Shown here piece by piece: positions 1 to 14,322 of a DNA stretch of 64,000 nt. A program made the translations under genes and the position numbers. How positions within the stretch are numbered: the first letter of the stretch is position 1; each line of letters begins with the position of its first letter. This DNA comes from Psilocybe cubensis. Its lineage: Eukaryota. The stretch lies in assembly GCA_017499595.2 (NCBI GenBank), contig CM039001.1:868001-932000 (forward strand), in the 5' to 3' direction. The notes below the pieces were generated by a model. That model saw only the letters and a program-made list of their open reading frames with translations, ran no database searches and was not told the origin of the DNA.

Positions 1-769
1 CTCTTGACGTGGCGACAGCTGGAATCGCACTGTTTTCGGACTCGGATGCGACTTGGTCTTTTGTGGAAGCTTGTTCTCGCTGCGCGTATTGTTTGCAGGA
101 GGTCCTTCTGATCCAGGCCTCATAATTCCGTCGGCTTTCTGAATTTCTCATTCAAGCTGTCGAAAACCGCTTCATGTGCTTATGGTGACGTTACTCTGTC
201 GATTCGCTTGGTTTATCTGTTACGATAGCGGCTCTGGTTGTTCTCCCGCCTTGCATCTTTCTTCGACGAAATGCGACTTGAATTCAATGTGATATCTTTA
301 TCTACTTACCGGGACATACAAACCCGCCCTAATAATCGCCAGGACTTAAGTTTAACTTTCAGAAATTCGGCATATGCTCCTGTGAAACCACCTTGTGCCT
401 ATTTGCTCCATAGGCTAATCTGAATCTGTGTGTCACTTGAGCCTGACTTTCACCATATGACCCCTGGCTAGGATCAGCACGTTTCTTCTTTACCTATCCA
501 TAGTATAGACCCAGTATCCTCGAAAGGTACATCCGTCCTAAGTATTCTCAATGTACGAGAGTTTCACAGGAATAGTCGGGGCTACATTGTCATATCCGAC
601 GGGCTATTTACGTTTATCATTTGTAATGGTGAGTCTGATGACAGGGTCATCAACGTTCAACTCTTATCATCGTTCCTGTGGCAGCTAATATAAGAGGCGT
701 AAAAATGAATCGATAACCTTCCTGCTCGTTGACCAGTGATCCGTTCATAAAACGCAACCCCTCAGTCAG

Positions 770-2674
770 ATGGTTGACTTAATCTCTCCCTCTATATCCT
801 CGAATTCAAGTATTCAAAAGCTCGTTTGCGAACCTTGTTGGAACCATTTATTCAATTTCGACTCTTTCCAAAAGGCACTGGCGACGCAGACGAATCCCCA
901 GCTCAGTAGATTTACATACAATCTGCAATGGGAGACTATTCGTGCATCCGCTTCAGCTGGGTGTAATTGGTGTAAACTTTTATCCAAACCGGCCAACGAA
1001 GCATCTGGAGAGGCGATTGTGAGCGTCTCATTCAGCACGGAGAACGCCGGATATACGCCTACTGGGGTGAAGATACTGACCCTTTCGTATGGCTCGAAAG
1101 ACTGCTTTGTGGCAGGCGAAACTGGATTCAGGCTGTACACCACTGCCGGTATGCTGAATTCATGACTAGTTTACTTATTGAACGACTCTTATATTTATTG
1201 TGTCGCGTGTTCAGACAACCCTGCTGCCCAGATTATTCTCCCTAGAGATCGCATTCTACAAATCAATACCCCGAACAGCTTCAAACTTGCAGTGGAATGC
1301 CTAAAAACTGCATGCAGACTCATGAGGAATGTCCCAAACACAAAGAATCGACTTTGCCAGACCGCGTCATTGACTGCTCAGACGTTGACCACCCAAGGAT
1401 TGTTGTAACTAAGAATGCGCCGGGTGTCTATGCTGCCTTGAGCTATGTGTGGGGTAAACAAACGTACCTCGCCACAACTGAAAACATAGATACCCTTATC
1501 AAACATGGCATTGACACGAAGAAAGCCCCAATCACCATTTTGAACGCTATATTATCCGCGCATAGCCTGGGTATTCCATATCTCTGGATCGACGCGTTTT
1601 GTATATTACAGGATTCCGACGAGGACAAAGGACGACAGATCGGGAAGATGAACGAGATATACACCAATGCATACTTCACCATCATAGCAGCCTGTTCGAA
1701 TGACGCCTTCGATGGATTTTTGCAAGATCGTCCTGCCCGTATTCCTTCGGCAAATATACCCTTTGTCTGTCCCGATGGACAAGTCGGGCACGTCTTCCTT
1801 GCTTCTACAGAGATGGTGGGCTACGATGTCACCCAGATGTATCACGATGAATTGGAGCCCGTAAGTTCTCGGGGATGGTGCATGCAAGAACGCGTCTTAT
1901 CCGAACGGAGCTTCGTGTTTGCCTCAGACACGTTGAAATATCAATGTCAGAGAGAAATCGTCAGCATAGGTGGTGCATTTTGCGAGCCCACCACGGGACC
2001 TTCCCTACCCAAGGCCTTCTCCGACGACGTCTCCAATTTAACACATGAAGAGAAGATAAGGGTCAGGCAATTCTGGCTGTACATAATATGGGAATATACC
2101 AGACTATGGAGGACCTGCTCTGGGAGGTGTCAATAGCAGGTGAAGGCCCTTTACCGAGACCAAAGGTTTACCGTGCACCATCGTGGTCATGGGCATCTGT
2201 CAACAGTCAGACGCAGATCCCAAATACAGAAAATAAACTCAAGCCGGGGGCACACGACGTAGGTCAGTGCAAATTGGTGCAGTGCGAGGTCATACCAGCG
2301 CACAAGGAGTCTCTTTTTGCAGCGGTCACATCAGCTTTTGTCAAACTCGAGACATTCCTGCACAAAGTGACGATAAGTTCCGGGGTTTACTCGGAATCCG
2401 AAAGCCAAAAGGTGTTTTTGGATGCAGAGGGAGACGAGGGCACTCAAGCGGGTCAACACATCGGCAATTTCGATCCGGACACAACAGAATATCTAGATAC
2501 TGACCAACTCTGGATTGTTCCAATTCTATGGGACCGAGGGGGCATAAGTGGGTCGATTCGTTGGCCATTGTTAAGGTTGATACAGAGTCTTTCCGACGAG
2601 TTGGGTTATTAAGGAGTGAAGGAGAAGCGAAATGGGTAGAAAGGGGAGAACGGCAGGTTATAAAATTAGTGTAA
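770..2674 (+). pseudogene. HET (heterokaryon incompatibility) domain gene, frameshifted
   Basis: HET motifs LPDRVIDC, YAALSYVWG, LGIPYLWIDAFCILQD, QIGKMNEIYTNAYFTIIAA, SRGWCMQERVLS, YRAPSWSWAS and C-terminal FRRVGLL...RQVIKLV* (stop 2672-2674). One intron at 1149-1214. The reading frame switches at ~1305, ~2105 and ~2550. Confidence 0.85.
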
Positions 2675-5600
2675 TGGAATTCGATAGCCTCACGAATGGT
2701 ACATTTGCAAAAGCTTGCAAGCTTATGATAACATGTGGGATAAGATTTCACAATGTTCGCCTTTTCAACGATTCCTGTAAAAGTATCAAGCTCCGAAAAG
2801 GGAAGAAGTTTTAGCATTTGCGACTCTTTCCTAATGTCTCTTGAAGGCTGGCACCCATCAAGGCGATTCAAATATTCAACAAAAAAGGGTTAATCATTAG
2901 CATTCATAAAAATCATGAAGAGTAAACAATTGTAACGCTTTATTGATTTTCAGGTCGTTGTCAAGCACATGCGTTTTTGGATGATGAATGGATGATGGTT
3001 AACAAAGCGTCAAAATCAAAAATGGTTGAACGCGTTAAAAACGCCCCCAACTTCCTTTTCCCACGTTACAAACTCCGCACCGGCAGACCCGTTGATTTCA
3101 CACTTGCCTAACTGGGCCCAGGCCTGGACCTCTATTTCCTGTTCCATTTCTATGATCAGTTTCAACGCAGCTAGGCGGCATTTTGACTCACACATATCGG
3201 CTTACAGAATTGGATTCAAAGCGTATCGTATCGTAAATACCAATAAAAACGGGGCATGTACTGACCAATTTGATATAAAATACCCGCAATTTCTGCCTGC
3301 AGGGTGTTCCTATACCACTTCTTTAAGCGGTACTTCAATTCCAAATAATATCTTATAGCTTTGTTTTAGTCCTGTCGAGAGCGCGCCTCGACCGCAAGAT
3401 AAGAAGATAGACCAACAAGCTGTGGAAACCACCCACATCATATGAACGGTCTGGTCGGCGGCTGTGTTTAACACTTGATTACTGCCAGCCATTCATTTTC
3501 TATTTTCAGCTTGGATGTCCATCCCAATAGCTCCACTCAATACAAATTTGATTCATAAGCCACTGTCAATGACTTAACATATCAGCCATCCCACGAATTT
3601 CTAGTGTTCAAACATAAACGACTTCACTGCATGAAAACCCCGGCTTCTTTCCCTCTCACACTCACCGTAAAGTAGATTTTAAAACAGCGCACGGGCACAC
3701 ACTTCCCATTTACATTCAATTTTCTCGCTCCACCGTGGCATTGATTGATCGACACAGGAAAACAGACAGACGCGATTGATCTCTTCCATTGGCCAGTCAA
3801 GCAACTGATATAGCGCCGGGTGCGGCACAAGCTTGCTTGCAACGCCATAGGCGCCCTGGATCCCGGCTTTTGCCGGCTCCCTTGAAGAAAATAATTGTCC
3901 ACTACAATCTCCAAAGATCTGATTCTTTGTTCTTCAGTCTGGAATCTAGAAGGCTTATATCGGATACACAAATACGAGGGAGAAGGAGTCATCAGCGCGA
4001 GGTAGGATTTAGATCTGTATTATCTGTATGGGTTTAGTAACGGTCCAGGCCCTCTACCCTCCCACACCAGTGCATTACGCTGTACTCAAACTGCACTGCG
4101 ATTGAAGCCAAAATTGATGCCAGTCAAACTTGATCGAATGGAGTCGCGTATAAGTTGAGAGGAGACCCAACGGAGCAAATATGCTTTAACCGTCAATACT
4201 ATGACATTGACAAGGATTCCGGCTACTTACGAACGAACGAGTCACGTATATGGCATGACGCTCTCGACATTTTTCGAAGGCCTATGCCGATGTATCTATG
4301 AGTATCTCGTTCTAAATCTAGTATCGTGGAATGTGCGGCACTATGACCGCTATATTCTGCGTCCGATGAGTTCGAGTTTGCGCTTGCATGGCAGTCCTTG
4401 TTTCACGTAGGAGGTCGATCTTCTCCGTCTCCAGACTTGTGGTCTGAGGGTTACATCGACGTATTTTACCTCTATGATACAGATCGATTCACCCCAGCAA
4501 TGCACTGGAGGATTAAAAATTGCCGACAAGAAAGTCTACCTTCACCCACAGGCACGGCTCAAATCGCACGTAGCGGCGTAAGTTTAGAGGACGCCCGCGG
4601 TTCCATCCAGGGATAGGGCATCCACCCTGCATATAGCACTCTTTGGCAGGATCTAGAGTCGAAAAAATAAGCATGTGTACGCCACTGCCGTCCCACCGCG
4701 CACCGTGGATAACACGGCGACTCTCCCTCGCCTCGAGGGTTTAAGGCGTGTCCTCTGACAGTGACAGCCAGCCATGAAAGGCCTTGCCTGGATTGCCAGA
4801 TTTAAAAAAATCCATTTGGAAGGTTGAAAAGCGCGAGAACAGGTTTCAGACAGAGTACGAGTGCCAGTAGTGGTGTACTGGACAACGAGCCAAGTATGAT
4901 AGGCCCATCGACTAGATGCCAAATAGGGTTTGGAGTTCCCGACTCGGGACATTGCATCTGTTGTACATAATTTCCTACCAGAAAGACAACCAGGCGCCAG
5001 CCAATGAGAGTGTTGTTGGTGGCCCGGCGAGAGAGGACCAGAGAAGAATGCAAACGGTCTAGATCGCCTGCAGCACAAGAAACCTACAGCAAGCTCTACA
5101 AATTGAATCACGTTTGGGACTATGTTAACGGGTGCTTTTTTGGTTTCATAATTGATATCGATTACATCGACTCGGACATCTAAGCGCGAGCACAGATGAG
5201 CGGAAGTGGTAATTTCCCAAATGGTTTTGCGCAACGTAAGCCAGGGAGTAGACCTTGGAGTGGTCGGCCGAGGTAGCCACGCGCACCGAGAGGTTACACC
5301 GAGATGGCTGCACCTTACTGGGCGCCACAGACCCAGAACGAAGAGAGATGTAGGGTGCGGATCGCGCTGGGCTGCACTCAAAGGCAAGCGAAAGCTGAGA
5401 TTGGCTGGGACAAAATAGACCTGACTGGAAGGATCACAAGACGCGTGTGCATGATGTGGGTATACACACAACATGCAATGAGCGCACGTAAAAATTTTAA
5501 TGAGGATATCGACTGGTCCAGAATTGGTGCTGCTGCGACGGAATCTGAAGATATTCTGGGCCTGGTAACGAGTGCCGCCGGGAGGTCAGATATCTTTCTA

Positions 5601-5840
5601 GTCGACGAAGGAGGTGCACTAGTAGTTGAATGGTATTTTAGATGGTCGTCGGACAGCTCGATGAGACGACATAAAAAAAAAGCAGAAGGAGAGCGCTAGT
5701 CGGGGGAGAGACGCGTTTGAGGAGAGAAAGAGGCGTTGGTGCGGCCAGAATGGTCTCGCCCCGGATAAGGTCACGATCAAAAATTGGCGGAACATTATAA
5801 AAATCAAAGTGGCTGTTGACAAAATCTTTCTCGTCAAGTC

Positions 5841-8078
5841 ATGGCCCGCATCCGCGATCGCTCTCCTTCCCCAGTCCCGTCCCCCACTTCTCTTCTCAAA
5901 AAGCTCAAGACAACCCATGTCTCCTCCTCTACTGACCCTTCCGCCCACAATCTCCCCACCCCGCCCAACGATATCAGCACAGAGTCCCTCATCAAGGTAA
6001 CAGACCCCACGCCACATTTTGCAAACGACCTCTTCGACCACAACAACATCGCCGCTCTCAACCAGTCTTATCTCGAGAGCGAGCCCTACAAATATGCTGT
6101 CGTCGACAAGCTCTTCCAGGACGACCTGCTGCGAAAGGTCAAGGACGAGTGTCTGAGCGAACTCAATTTCACAGAAAAGGAGACAGATATCTACAAGGTT
6201 TATCTTCTCGTCTTGTCCATGTTTCAAAGCTCAAGCTCACAGACCAACCCCAGGTCAATCAAACAGGCGATCTCGCTTCGCTCAACTTTCTCTCTCCAAC
6301 CCAAATTGCCCGGCTTCCAAATTTGCTTGCCCTGCGCGATGCGCTCTACTCACCTCAGTTCCGCAAGTTCTTGCGATCAGTCACAGGCTGCGGCCCTCTC
6401 TCCGGGCGCAAGCAAGACATGTCCGTCAACTCATACACCCGCGGATGCCATCTTCTGAACCACGACGATGTCATCGGAACCCGTCGTGTCTCATATATTC
6501 TGTATATGCCCCTTCCCCACTACCAGCTATGGCAGAAGGACTGGGGAGGCGCCCTTGAGCTCTACCCTACCAAAGTCAACGATGAAGGCCAGTTAGAGCC
6601 CCAATCTATCCCCTCAAAAAGTATCCCACCCAGCTGGAACCAGTTTATCTTTTTCGAGGTTCAGCCTGGGAAGAGTTTCCATTCCGTCGAAGAGGTCGTG
6701 GTAGGCGGCAGAGATGAGGATGGAAGGGAGCGTCTGAGCATCAGTGGATGGTTCCACGCTGCCCAAGAGGGTGAGGAGGGCTACGTTCCTCCTGCTCCAG
6801 ACGCTCCAGAGATCAAAAGTTCTCGAGAACAACTTGTGCGCATTTCCCTGTTTCCTTCCCACGTTTTCTCCCTTTCTCTAATGTGTATTCTCAGACTTCC
6901 ACCTCAACCGTATTCAAATCCTACCCCGAGCAAGACCCAGAGATCCTCCCCGACGTCACTCTCTCCGAAGATCACGTCGCCTTCCTCTCCGAGTTCCTCA
7001 ACCCCGTCTACCTGCAGCCACGCACAATGAAAGCCCTGGCCGCACGCTTCGTTGAAGAATCATCACTCGAGCTACACTCCTTCCTACACAACTCCCTCGC
7101 CGACGCTCTTGAGACCCGCCTGCGCGATCTCGACCTGCGCGATGGGCTCGGCGAAGACCGAGTGGGCTGCATCCCCGCACATACCTGCGGCACCACCGGC
7201 GGCTGGACAATCAAAGGCCCGCCCCATAAATGGCGCTACTGTGTGCTACGGCCACCCGTGGCGGGTGGCGCGACCGAGGCCGTGACGCCGCGCCACGCAT
7301 CTTCCTCCGCGGACGAGATCATGCGCAGTCTGCAGGACGAGCTCTTCGCGAGCGTCGCGTTCCGCGCGTGGCTGCATATCGTATCGCATCTTATGCCGAT
7401 GCAGTATGCGGCGGAGGCGAGGCGGTTTAGACCTGGTTTGGATTATACGCTGGCGACGAGCGAAGAGAGCGAGGCGAGGTTGGATGTGGTGCTGGGTTTG
7501 ACGCCGCCTGCGCGCGAGCTCGATTCGGATGAGGAGAGCGATCGGTTCGCGCAGCAGCAGCGCGGGTGGGCAAATTCAGAGTGGGGCGGCTGGGAGGTGA
7601 GTTTATCAGCGGTATAAACCTCGCTAGAGCGGATGCTGATTTTGGTGTTCTGATTTAGTGCTACATGGCCCCCCATAACGAAGAAGATGACCCAGCGATT
7701 TACCGCTCCAGCAACAAGAAGCACAAAGCTGCACCTCCCACAAAGGCAAGCAGCACACCAAAAGCCTCAAGTTCCAAGCTCGAAGGCTCGGTATCTGAAG
7801 AGGCACAGACCGCAACCGATGCCGACGCCGATGCGGAGGAGGTACCTCCCAGCGAGCAAATGGACGACGAAGAGGAGGATGAAGAGGAGGAAGACGGCAC
7901 ACTGCTGGCGGTGCAGCCGGGCTTCAACCGTCTATTGCTAGTACTGCGCGACGAGCGTGTGATGCGCTTTGTCAAATACGTTTCGGCGGCTGCGGAGGGG
8001 TCGCGGTGGGATATTTGCGGCGAGTACGAGGTTGGGGTTGTGCAAGAAGCGGAGGAGGACGGCGAAGAGAGTTCATGA
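5841..8078 (+). CDS. TPA1: Prolyl 3,4-dihydroxylase Tpa1/Ofd1/OGFOD1 (2OG-Fe(II) oxygenase)
   Basis: FTEKETDIYKVNQTGDL, GCHLLNHDDVIGTRRVSYILY, WGGALELY, SFHSVEEV, RLSISGWFH, RRFRPGLDYTLAT, WGGWECYM. Introns 6198-6253, 6836-6894 and 7597-7658 join the ORF segments in frame. Confidence 0.95.
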
Positions 8079-9107
8079 TTGCGCAGCTTTCTTTGCTCGT
8101 GACGAGACATTGGTTAACCGGTTCGTCTAATCCCTTTCATTCTGACTCTTCCTCGACCAGTTGCCGCATACGTGCTTACTTTTGGCGAATCTTTTTCATC
8201 GTTTTGTTTTCTAGGGTTATGATTTCTTTGACGCCGGAAACGAACCTCGTGTTGATGCTACCACACTGTCTATTTGTCCTCTGGGTTGTTAAGTTCTATT
8301 TCGGTGGTCTTCTTTTTTCTTCCCTACTTCGTTCTGGTGGTGCTACTGGGTGCAGTGCATATGGGTCGCTGCTATAGCGGTCCATTTGCATTCTTCCTAT
8401 TCTACTTCCCGCGCGGCGTCGATGAATCCTCATACACGCGTTATGTCCTTTGGCTATTCATAAGGTCTCCAAAACAACCTTCGGCTCCTCTTCTCCTATC
8501 AATATGGGGTAACCTATCGCCCCGCCTGCCACCTAATCCACCCTCCATCCGGTGTGTAAAATCTGACAGCCTGCCTTTCCGGCTCAATCCATACATGATC
8601 CAAACAACCTAAGTGCTTACCTACGTGTTCACAACACGACTTTTAATCCCATGCCTCCAAAAAATTATCTTCCCAGAACAAAAACCTAGCCCTCGCCTTT
8701 GCCATAACGTATGCTGTGCTAGTTAATTACTTGTAACACCTTTGTTTTCTTTCTCGATGTCGTTGTTTCTTTTTTTTTCTGGTCGGTGCTGTGGCGATTT
8801 CATATTTTTGTTTTTTCTTTCCTCTGATGCCATGTCATAAGTTCCCAAAATGTCTGTATGTATGTATGACGTCGATGCACATTCAATGATAAAAAATTGA
8901 AAACACGCGTGCGAAAAAGGAAAGGAAGTTGCCTGATATATCCTTGGTTTGAAATTGAGTGATTGATGAAGTGGGAACTTCAATGTGATGTCTGATGGTG
9001 ATACATCTTGACTTGTGGGTGTGCGGCGAAGACGTTAAATGTATGGTGTTGAAGGTATTATTGTAGTTATGCCATATAGGATGGGGTGTCTGGCAGCTGG
9101 TGGTGGG

Positions 9108-9500
9108 CACTAGGCGTTTAGACTATCATGGTCAGTCATCAAAGTCACGGTTGTCATCAAAGTCAGTAACTGCTCAGTAACCGTCAGTGACTGCTTCATG
9201 ACAGTCATGAACTTTCCCAATACTATGCCATTTAGGGCAGCGTTGGTGAACCAATGTCTCGTGATGGCACGTTGAATACTAATAATAATATAACTACTCG
9301 ATGCCCAAAAGTTGACTAGTCATGACCAGAATAGCCACGCGATGACGAGTTGTGGTTGATGGGGCACTTTTGGTAATACATTATCTCACTGGCTGAGCAT
9401 ATCATAATCTAATCGGAGCGAGAGGAATCTGCTCACGTAAATAATTGACTAGTCAATTGATGGGTCATTGACTAGTCAATGACTGGTCAATGACTTACCA
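9108..9500. repeat. Degenerate array of TGACTAGTCA-type palindromic repeats (possible decayed transposon end)
   Basis: Perfect palindromes aattgactagtcaatt (9443-9458) and gtcattgactagtcaatgac (9464-9483), a further ttgactagtca near 9312, and repeated gtcatcaaagtca. CACTA at 9108-9112. Confidence 0.5.
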
Positions 9501-11859
9501 TCGCTGACTTGGGATAATCAGTTAGGGTCATGGCTAGCCTCTCGGTTAATGGTTATTAATGAGACAGCTCGTGACTCTGCATCCTGAACACCATGCGATT
9601 CCAACGGTTTGCTATTGGTTTGTTGCGTAGGTGATGAAGGTCATTGGTAAAAGAAACGACTCGGAATATACCAGTTCAAGTAGAAACCTCAAGTCGGAAA
9701 CATGAACAAGGAACTAATTATCAACAATACAGTACGTTGAACATAAGTGACCCTAAATCAACTTTGGTCAAGGCTCTTGGATGTGGTCCATCACCGAGAT
9801 GAGGCTCCATCACTGAGATGAGGCCTTGAAAGAATCATTGGAATAAAAAATTTGGAATCAATTGCTGACAGAGTCCTTCCGTGTATTGACAAAGGTAATT
9901 AGAACGTGAAATAGCTTTTAATTACCCAACAACGCGATGATGTTTGTTTTCTTTGAATGGATACGCGAGACTTAGGGTGGTCAACTTCAAGTGGCGTATG
10001 GTGTGATGGACTTTCAATGTTGCGCACGGCGTTGGCGAACCGGAGAAACGCTAGTAGGAGAACGCCTTTGTCCGGCATCTGTATGGACGTCATGAAGGGA
10101 ATGAAGGGGAGTTTCGCGAACCAGGAACGGAAATACGTTGGGTAAGGTCCAGAAGCGACAACACCAAACGCATTGGAGAGGAGTGGTGAAGAGTAGACGA
10201 CCCTTTGAGCTATTTATGCTAGGGACAAGGCGGAAGTTGAGTGCATCGTGGGGGTACTAGGGAGCGAAAGCTATTCAGGGTCATCATATCATGGGGCGCC
10301 GTCAACATTTTTAGAACCCCGCAGGGACCCTGCCTCGTGTTCGCCTCGAGGCTCGCGATCACGTACATGCTCGAGGATCAATACCCCATAACAGTACCAA
10401 ACAACATCCGGCAGCGCTGAAGCGCGCGGCGGCATTACTCGACTATCTTTCCCTTTCACCTGTCATGATCAGAAATGCCATCTCTCTGTGATCACTGATT
10501 AATATAGCACTTTCTGTCTGTATACTTACTACTTACTGCTTCTTTCCTTTGTCCGCTATCTGTAGACCCACGGTCCACATGCCAGTGCCCATTTACCCGC
10601 CCTTCCTGTAGTTGGTAATGGGAATGATCATGGGTCCTTGGTCATCTGCACATTTGTGCACGGAGGATGAACCGTGATTTGTTATCCAATTTCCCAGCGC
10701 GCAGCGGCACCGGGCGAAGGGTGTTATCCCTCTGACCTCACCTCAGGCTCACCCTTACCAGCACCAGCGCGGACAGATCCTAAATGAGAACGATAAACGA
10801 GAAATGAGAAATGGAAAATGATGATGAACACCGGGAGGCGGGATCCGCTGATCATTTCAAAATTCAAATTCCATACGGTCATTCGACATTCCAGCGGTAT
10901 GTGCCTTGTATGTAGGATGTAGCCAGAGAGGCTTCTTCTACCGCTTTGAGCCCCCCGCGCTGATGGAGGTTGCTAGCTTGGACTCTGGAGCTCTCTCCTG
11001 TGAGAATCTGGATCCAAGCTGGTTATTATCCCGTTATCGCTCTGTCTCTCACCAAGTTGCGAGAGCAAAATTTAAAAGGAAAGAATTCAAAATGTAATAT
11101 GTATCGTCTATCCAGTCCGTCATCAGAGGCGCATCGCTATAATTTGATTATTTCTCAGCGCCGTCGCTCCTACTGCCAAGCGTTACAGAGATAGCAATAC
11201 CCAGATGGAGATATTTACCCAACCTTCCAATCCAAATACATTTACGCAAAAATACAATGCGTGCATCCGATCCCTTTCACCTGTCGCGACCTCTTTAGCG
11301 AGCAGAGCAGGCTCGGATCTATTTTTGGCCTTCGCAGAGAATCCTGCCGCAGAGAGCGTCCAAGCTCGTCCAGATTCCAGCCGCGTTTTAGGGTGCATTC
11401 CTCCTTATACTCCCTACATGTAGTACGCGCCGTCTACTCCAATGTAAATATATTCCTTAACCGAGTCCGTCCCGATACTATTCCGCTCGCGGCTCCCACT
11501 GGCAATCCCATCCGCATCGCTAAATTGTTACTTTTTGTCTTGACCTACAATCTAGATCGCTCGGTACTACACATGTTTAAAGCCTACGGACAAAGAAAAG
11601 AAGAACCCGGGGTGTGATATATCCCGTAGACACAAAGGCGCGAGTCTTCCAATTATGAATGAATACATACACAGTGAGAAATTGAATTTTGTTACCTGTA
11701 TGACATCGCAACGACTCGCGACATGTCCGCCGCTCCGAGTGCATTCATAGCTGTGAGCTGAGCACGGGTTGCATTGCATTGCACGTAGCGGCGCAGTTAA
11801 AGAGCCAGACTGTGTCATCCGTCGTCCGTCAACCCGTCAACCGTCAAGTGAGATGAATG

Positions 11860-12830
11860 AATGAAACCAAAAAAAAGAAAAAAAAGAACATACCTACCGT
11901 GCAAAATTCAAACACGCAATAACTCGAACCGAAAGAAATAACGAAAAAAAGAAACAAAAAAAAAACAGAGGGAGAGAAACGGAGGGAGAGAGAGAGAGAG
12001 AGAGAAAAGATAAATCATATTCAAGGCGCATAAACAAACGAGACGACTCCAAAGATTATAGAGACAGCATCGTAACAATACGTACTCTATAATATAACAA
12101 TATAATCGTCATGGGCATGGTACAACTATCTGTCTTTAAAAAAAACCGAGAAAAAGAAAAGATAAAATCAGGGGCATATGGAACAGAGAGGAGGGTGGCA
12201 TATGGATGGATGCGCGGGGAGTGGTGGATGTGGAAAATGCAAGCTATCACGATGGTGTTGGTGTTGGTGGTGATGGTGGTGGTACAAAGTTACAGTTTTT
12301 AAAAAAAAGAAAAAGAAAAGAAGAGTTCTGAATCGAGCCTCGGGCGATGCGATGTGCGCAGAGAGGAGTCCGTCGGGTTTCGTTAGTGTACAAGGTAAGC
12401 GGCTGAAAGGGAAAAAAATGAAAATTTGAAACTTGAAAATTGAAAATGAAGCAAGTAGGGATAAGAGGGATGGGCGGGCGTGAGATGGGGTGGAGGGCAA
12501 TGTGGATGAAAAAAAGAGACGCGTAATTAGGTTTGTACGCGGAAGACAAGGTGTATATATAAAGGGCAGTAAGCCATTGGAGGGGAAGAAAAAAAGGTGA
12601 ATGGAGAAGATGGTAACTGTACTAAAAAAACGAGAACAGAACAGAACAAAACGAGCACGAAGACGAGCACGAGAACAAAAAAAAGAGCAAACACAATAAG
12701 CACGACACGACGAACGGCGACGACAAACAGCAACAACAACAGCAACACCGATAACACCGCCAACAGGCATAAACAACATATGTAAAAGGCGAAGGGAAGG
12801 GAAGGGAAATATGAGAAAAACGTAGGGTTC
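11860..12830. repeat. Low-complexity purine-rich/microsatellite tract
   Basis: Poly-A runs and (GA)n, (GGT)n, (CAA)n and (GAAGG)n arrays. It lies downstream of the minus-strand gene ending at 13175, possibly its 3' UTR. Confidence 0.8.
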
Positions 12831-13174
12831 TAGAATTTATAGGGGTTGAATAACAATACGTATAAAATATAGAGACTCTAGGTCGATCCCTCCGATGGTT
12901 GTGGTATGTACGTGTGCGTGTGTGGTTGTGTCCGTGGGGGTTGGGGTTGGGCTGTCAGAGCTAGGCAGGCAGGCAGGCAGATTAGGGTAACGATTATCGA
13001 TCGGCGGCGGGTGGGTGGGTGGATTGACTGTGACGGCGGAAGTGCGGCGAGTCGTAGGATTCGTAGGATATTCGTAATGTGTACGGTAGAAGCAGTAGAC
13101 GGACGGTCATTATGCGTATGCAGCGGAGGGAGATATTGCTGGTAGACGGTGTTCAGTAACCCGCACCGTCTGTC

Positions 13175-14291
13175 CTACAAAATCGACCGGAGAGATCTCA
13201 AGCCTACATACATCACCAGCATCATCGACACCGCAGAGCCAACGACCACGACGAGGCCGAGCACCATCATATCGCGCGTCGAAATCTTCGCCTCGCCCGC
13301 ACCCGCCGCGACCGCCTGGTGGTGGTGCGGCTGCGCACGATGCGGGTGCCTGTACCCCAGACTCCTTGAGCGGTGCCGTGCACCCGCACCCGCGCCCACA
13401 ACCCCAGCACCCGTCGCGGTCGTCGTGGCCGCAGGGACGTACGCGGTGCTCGCCTCGGACGGCGTCGGACTGCGGATCCATTTGAAGCTCCCGAGGTACG
13501 CCAGCCCGCCTGCGATGACGCTGCCATTGCGCTGCGTCTTTGGCGGGCGCGGCGAGCGCGAGTGCCGCTGCCCCGCGCGCCGCTCGCAGCGCTCCTCCGC
13601 TTCGGTGCGGTACCGCGGCTTGCTGGTGCGCGCAGGAGGGGCACCGAAGAAGGACGACGAAGAGGAGAACATGCTGCTGTCCGCGGCGTAGGGGTTCGCG
13701 CGTGGTCGTGGGGTGCGCGAGCGCGTGTCGCCTGGTGGGCCAGGGCTCGCGGACCGTGAGCGATCGCTGAGCGCCTCGACGGTCTCGCCGTCCGATCCGA
13801 CGATCACCGTGGGCGTCTGTGCGCCGGGCCCGCCGTTGTAGTCGTCGTCGTCGTCATCCTCCTCGTCGGGGTTGTGGTCGCCAAAGTGGCGTAGAGGGCC
13901 ACCGCTGTACGCGCTGTGGGAGTTGGAGTAGGGATCGGGGAGGACCTGGCGCGGTGGTGGGTGGACAAAGTTTGGGTTGCGCCGGTGGAAGTAGCCCGTC
14001 TCGGGGATGACGAAGGACGGCTCGGACAAGATCGCGGGGGTGTAGGTGCGCGGGATGTGGACGCGCCGTTGAGGCTGCTGCTGTTGCTGCTGGGCCTGTG
14101 GGTTTGGGACGAGGGGGCTTATCGCTGGGGCGATGGCGGCATTTGCAGCTTGTGCCTGTGGATCAGTGGAAGTGGCGGCGTAGGCGGAGGAGGGCGGGGG
14201 CGTGGGTGGCGGGGACATGTACGAGTGCGCAGAGGCGCGAGATGAGCCTGCTGCGCCATCCTGCGCTTGTGCTTGTGCTTGTGCTTGCTGT

Positions 14292-14322
<31 letters not shown>

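Noticed and set aside
1-123. Minus-strand open frame running off the left edge (MRPGSEGPP...KTVRFQ)
   Set aside because: Too short and truncated to support a gene call.
4653-5474. 273-aa minus-strand ORF and neighbouring short ORFs at 3.6-5.7 kb
   Set aside because: Non-ATG start, no recognisable domain or consistent splice pattern. It may be a decayed gene but cannot be supported.
12168-12779. 203-aa Phe-rich minus-strand ORF
   Set aside because: Artefact of the A-rich microsatellite tract.
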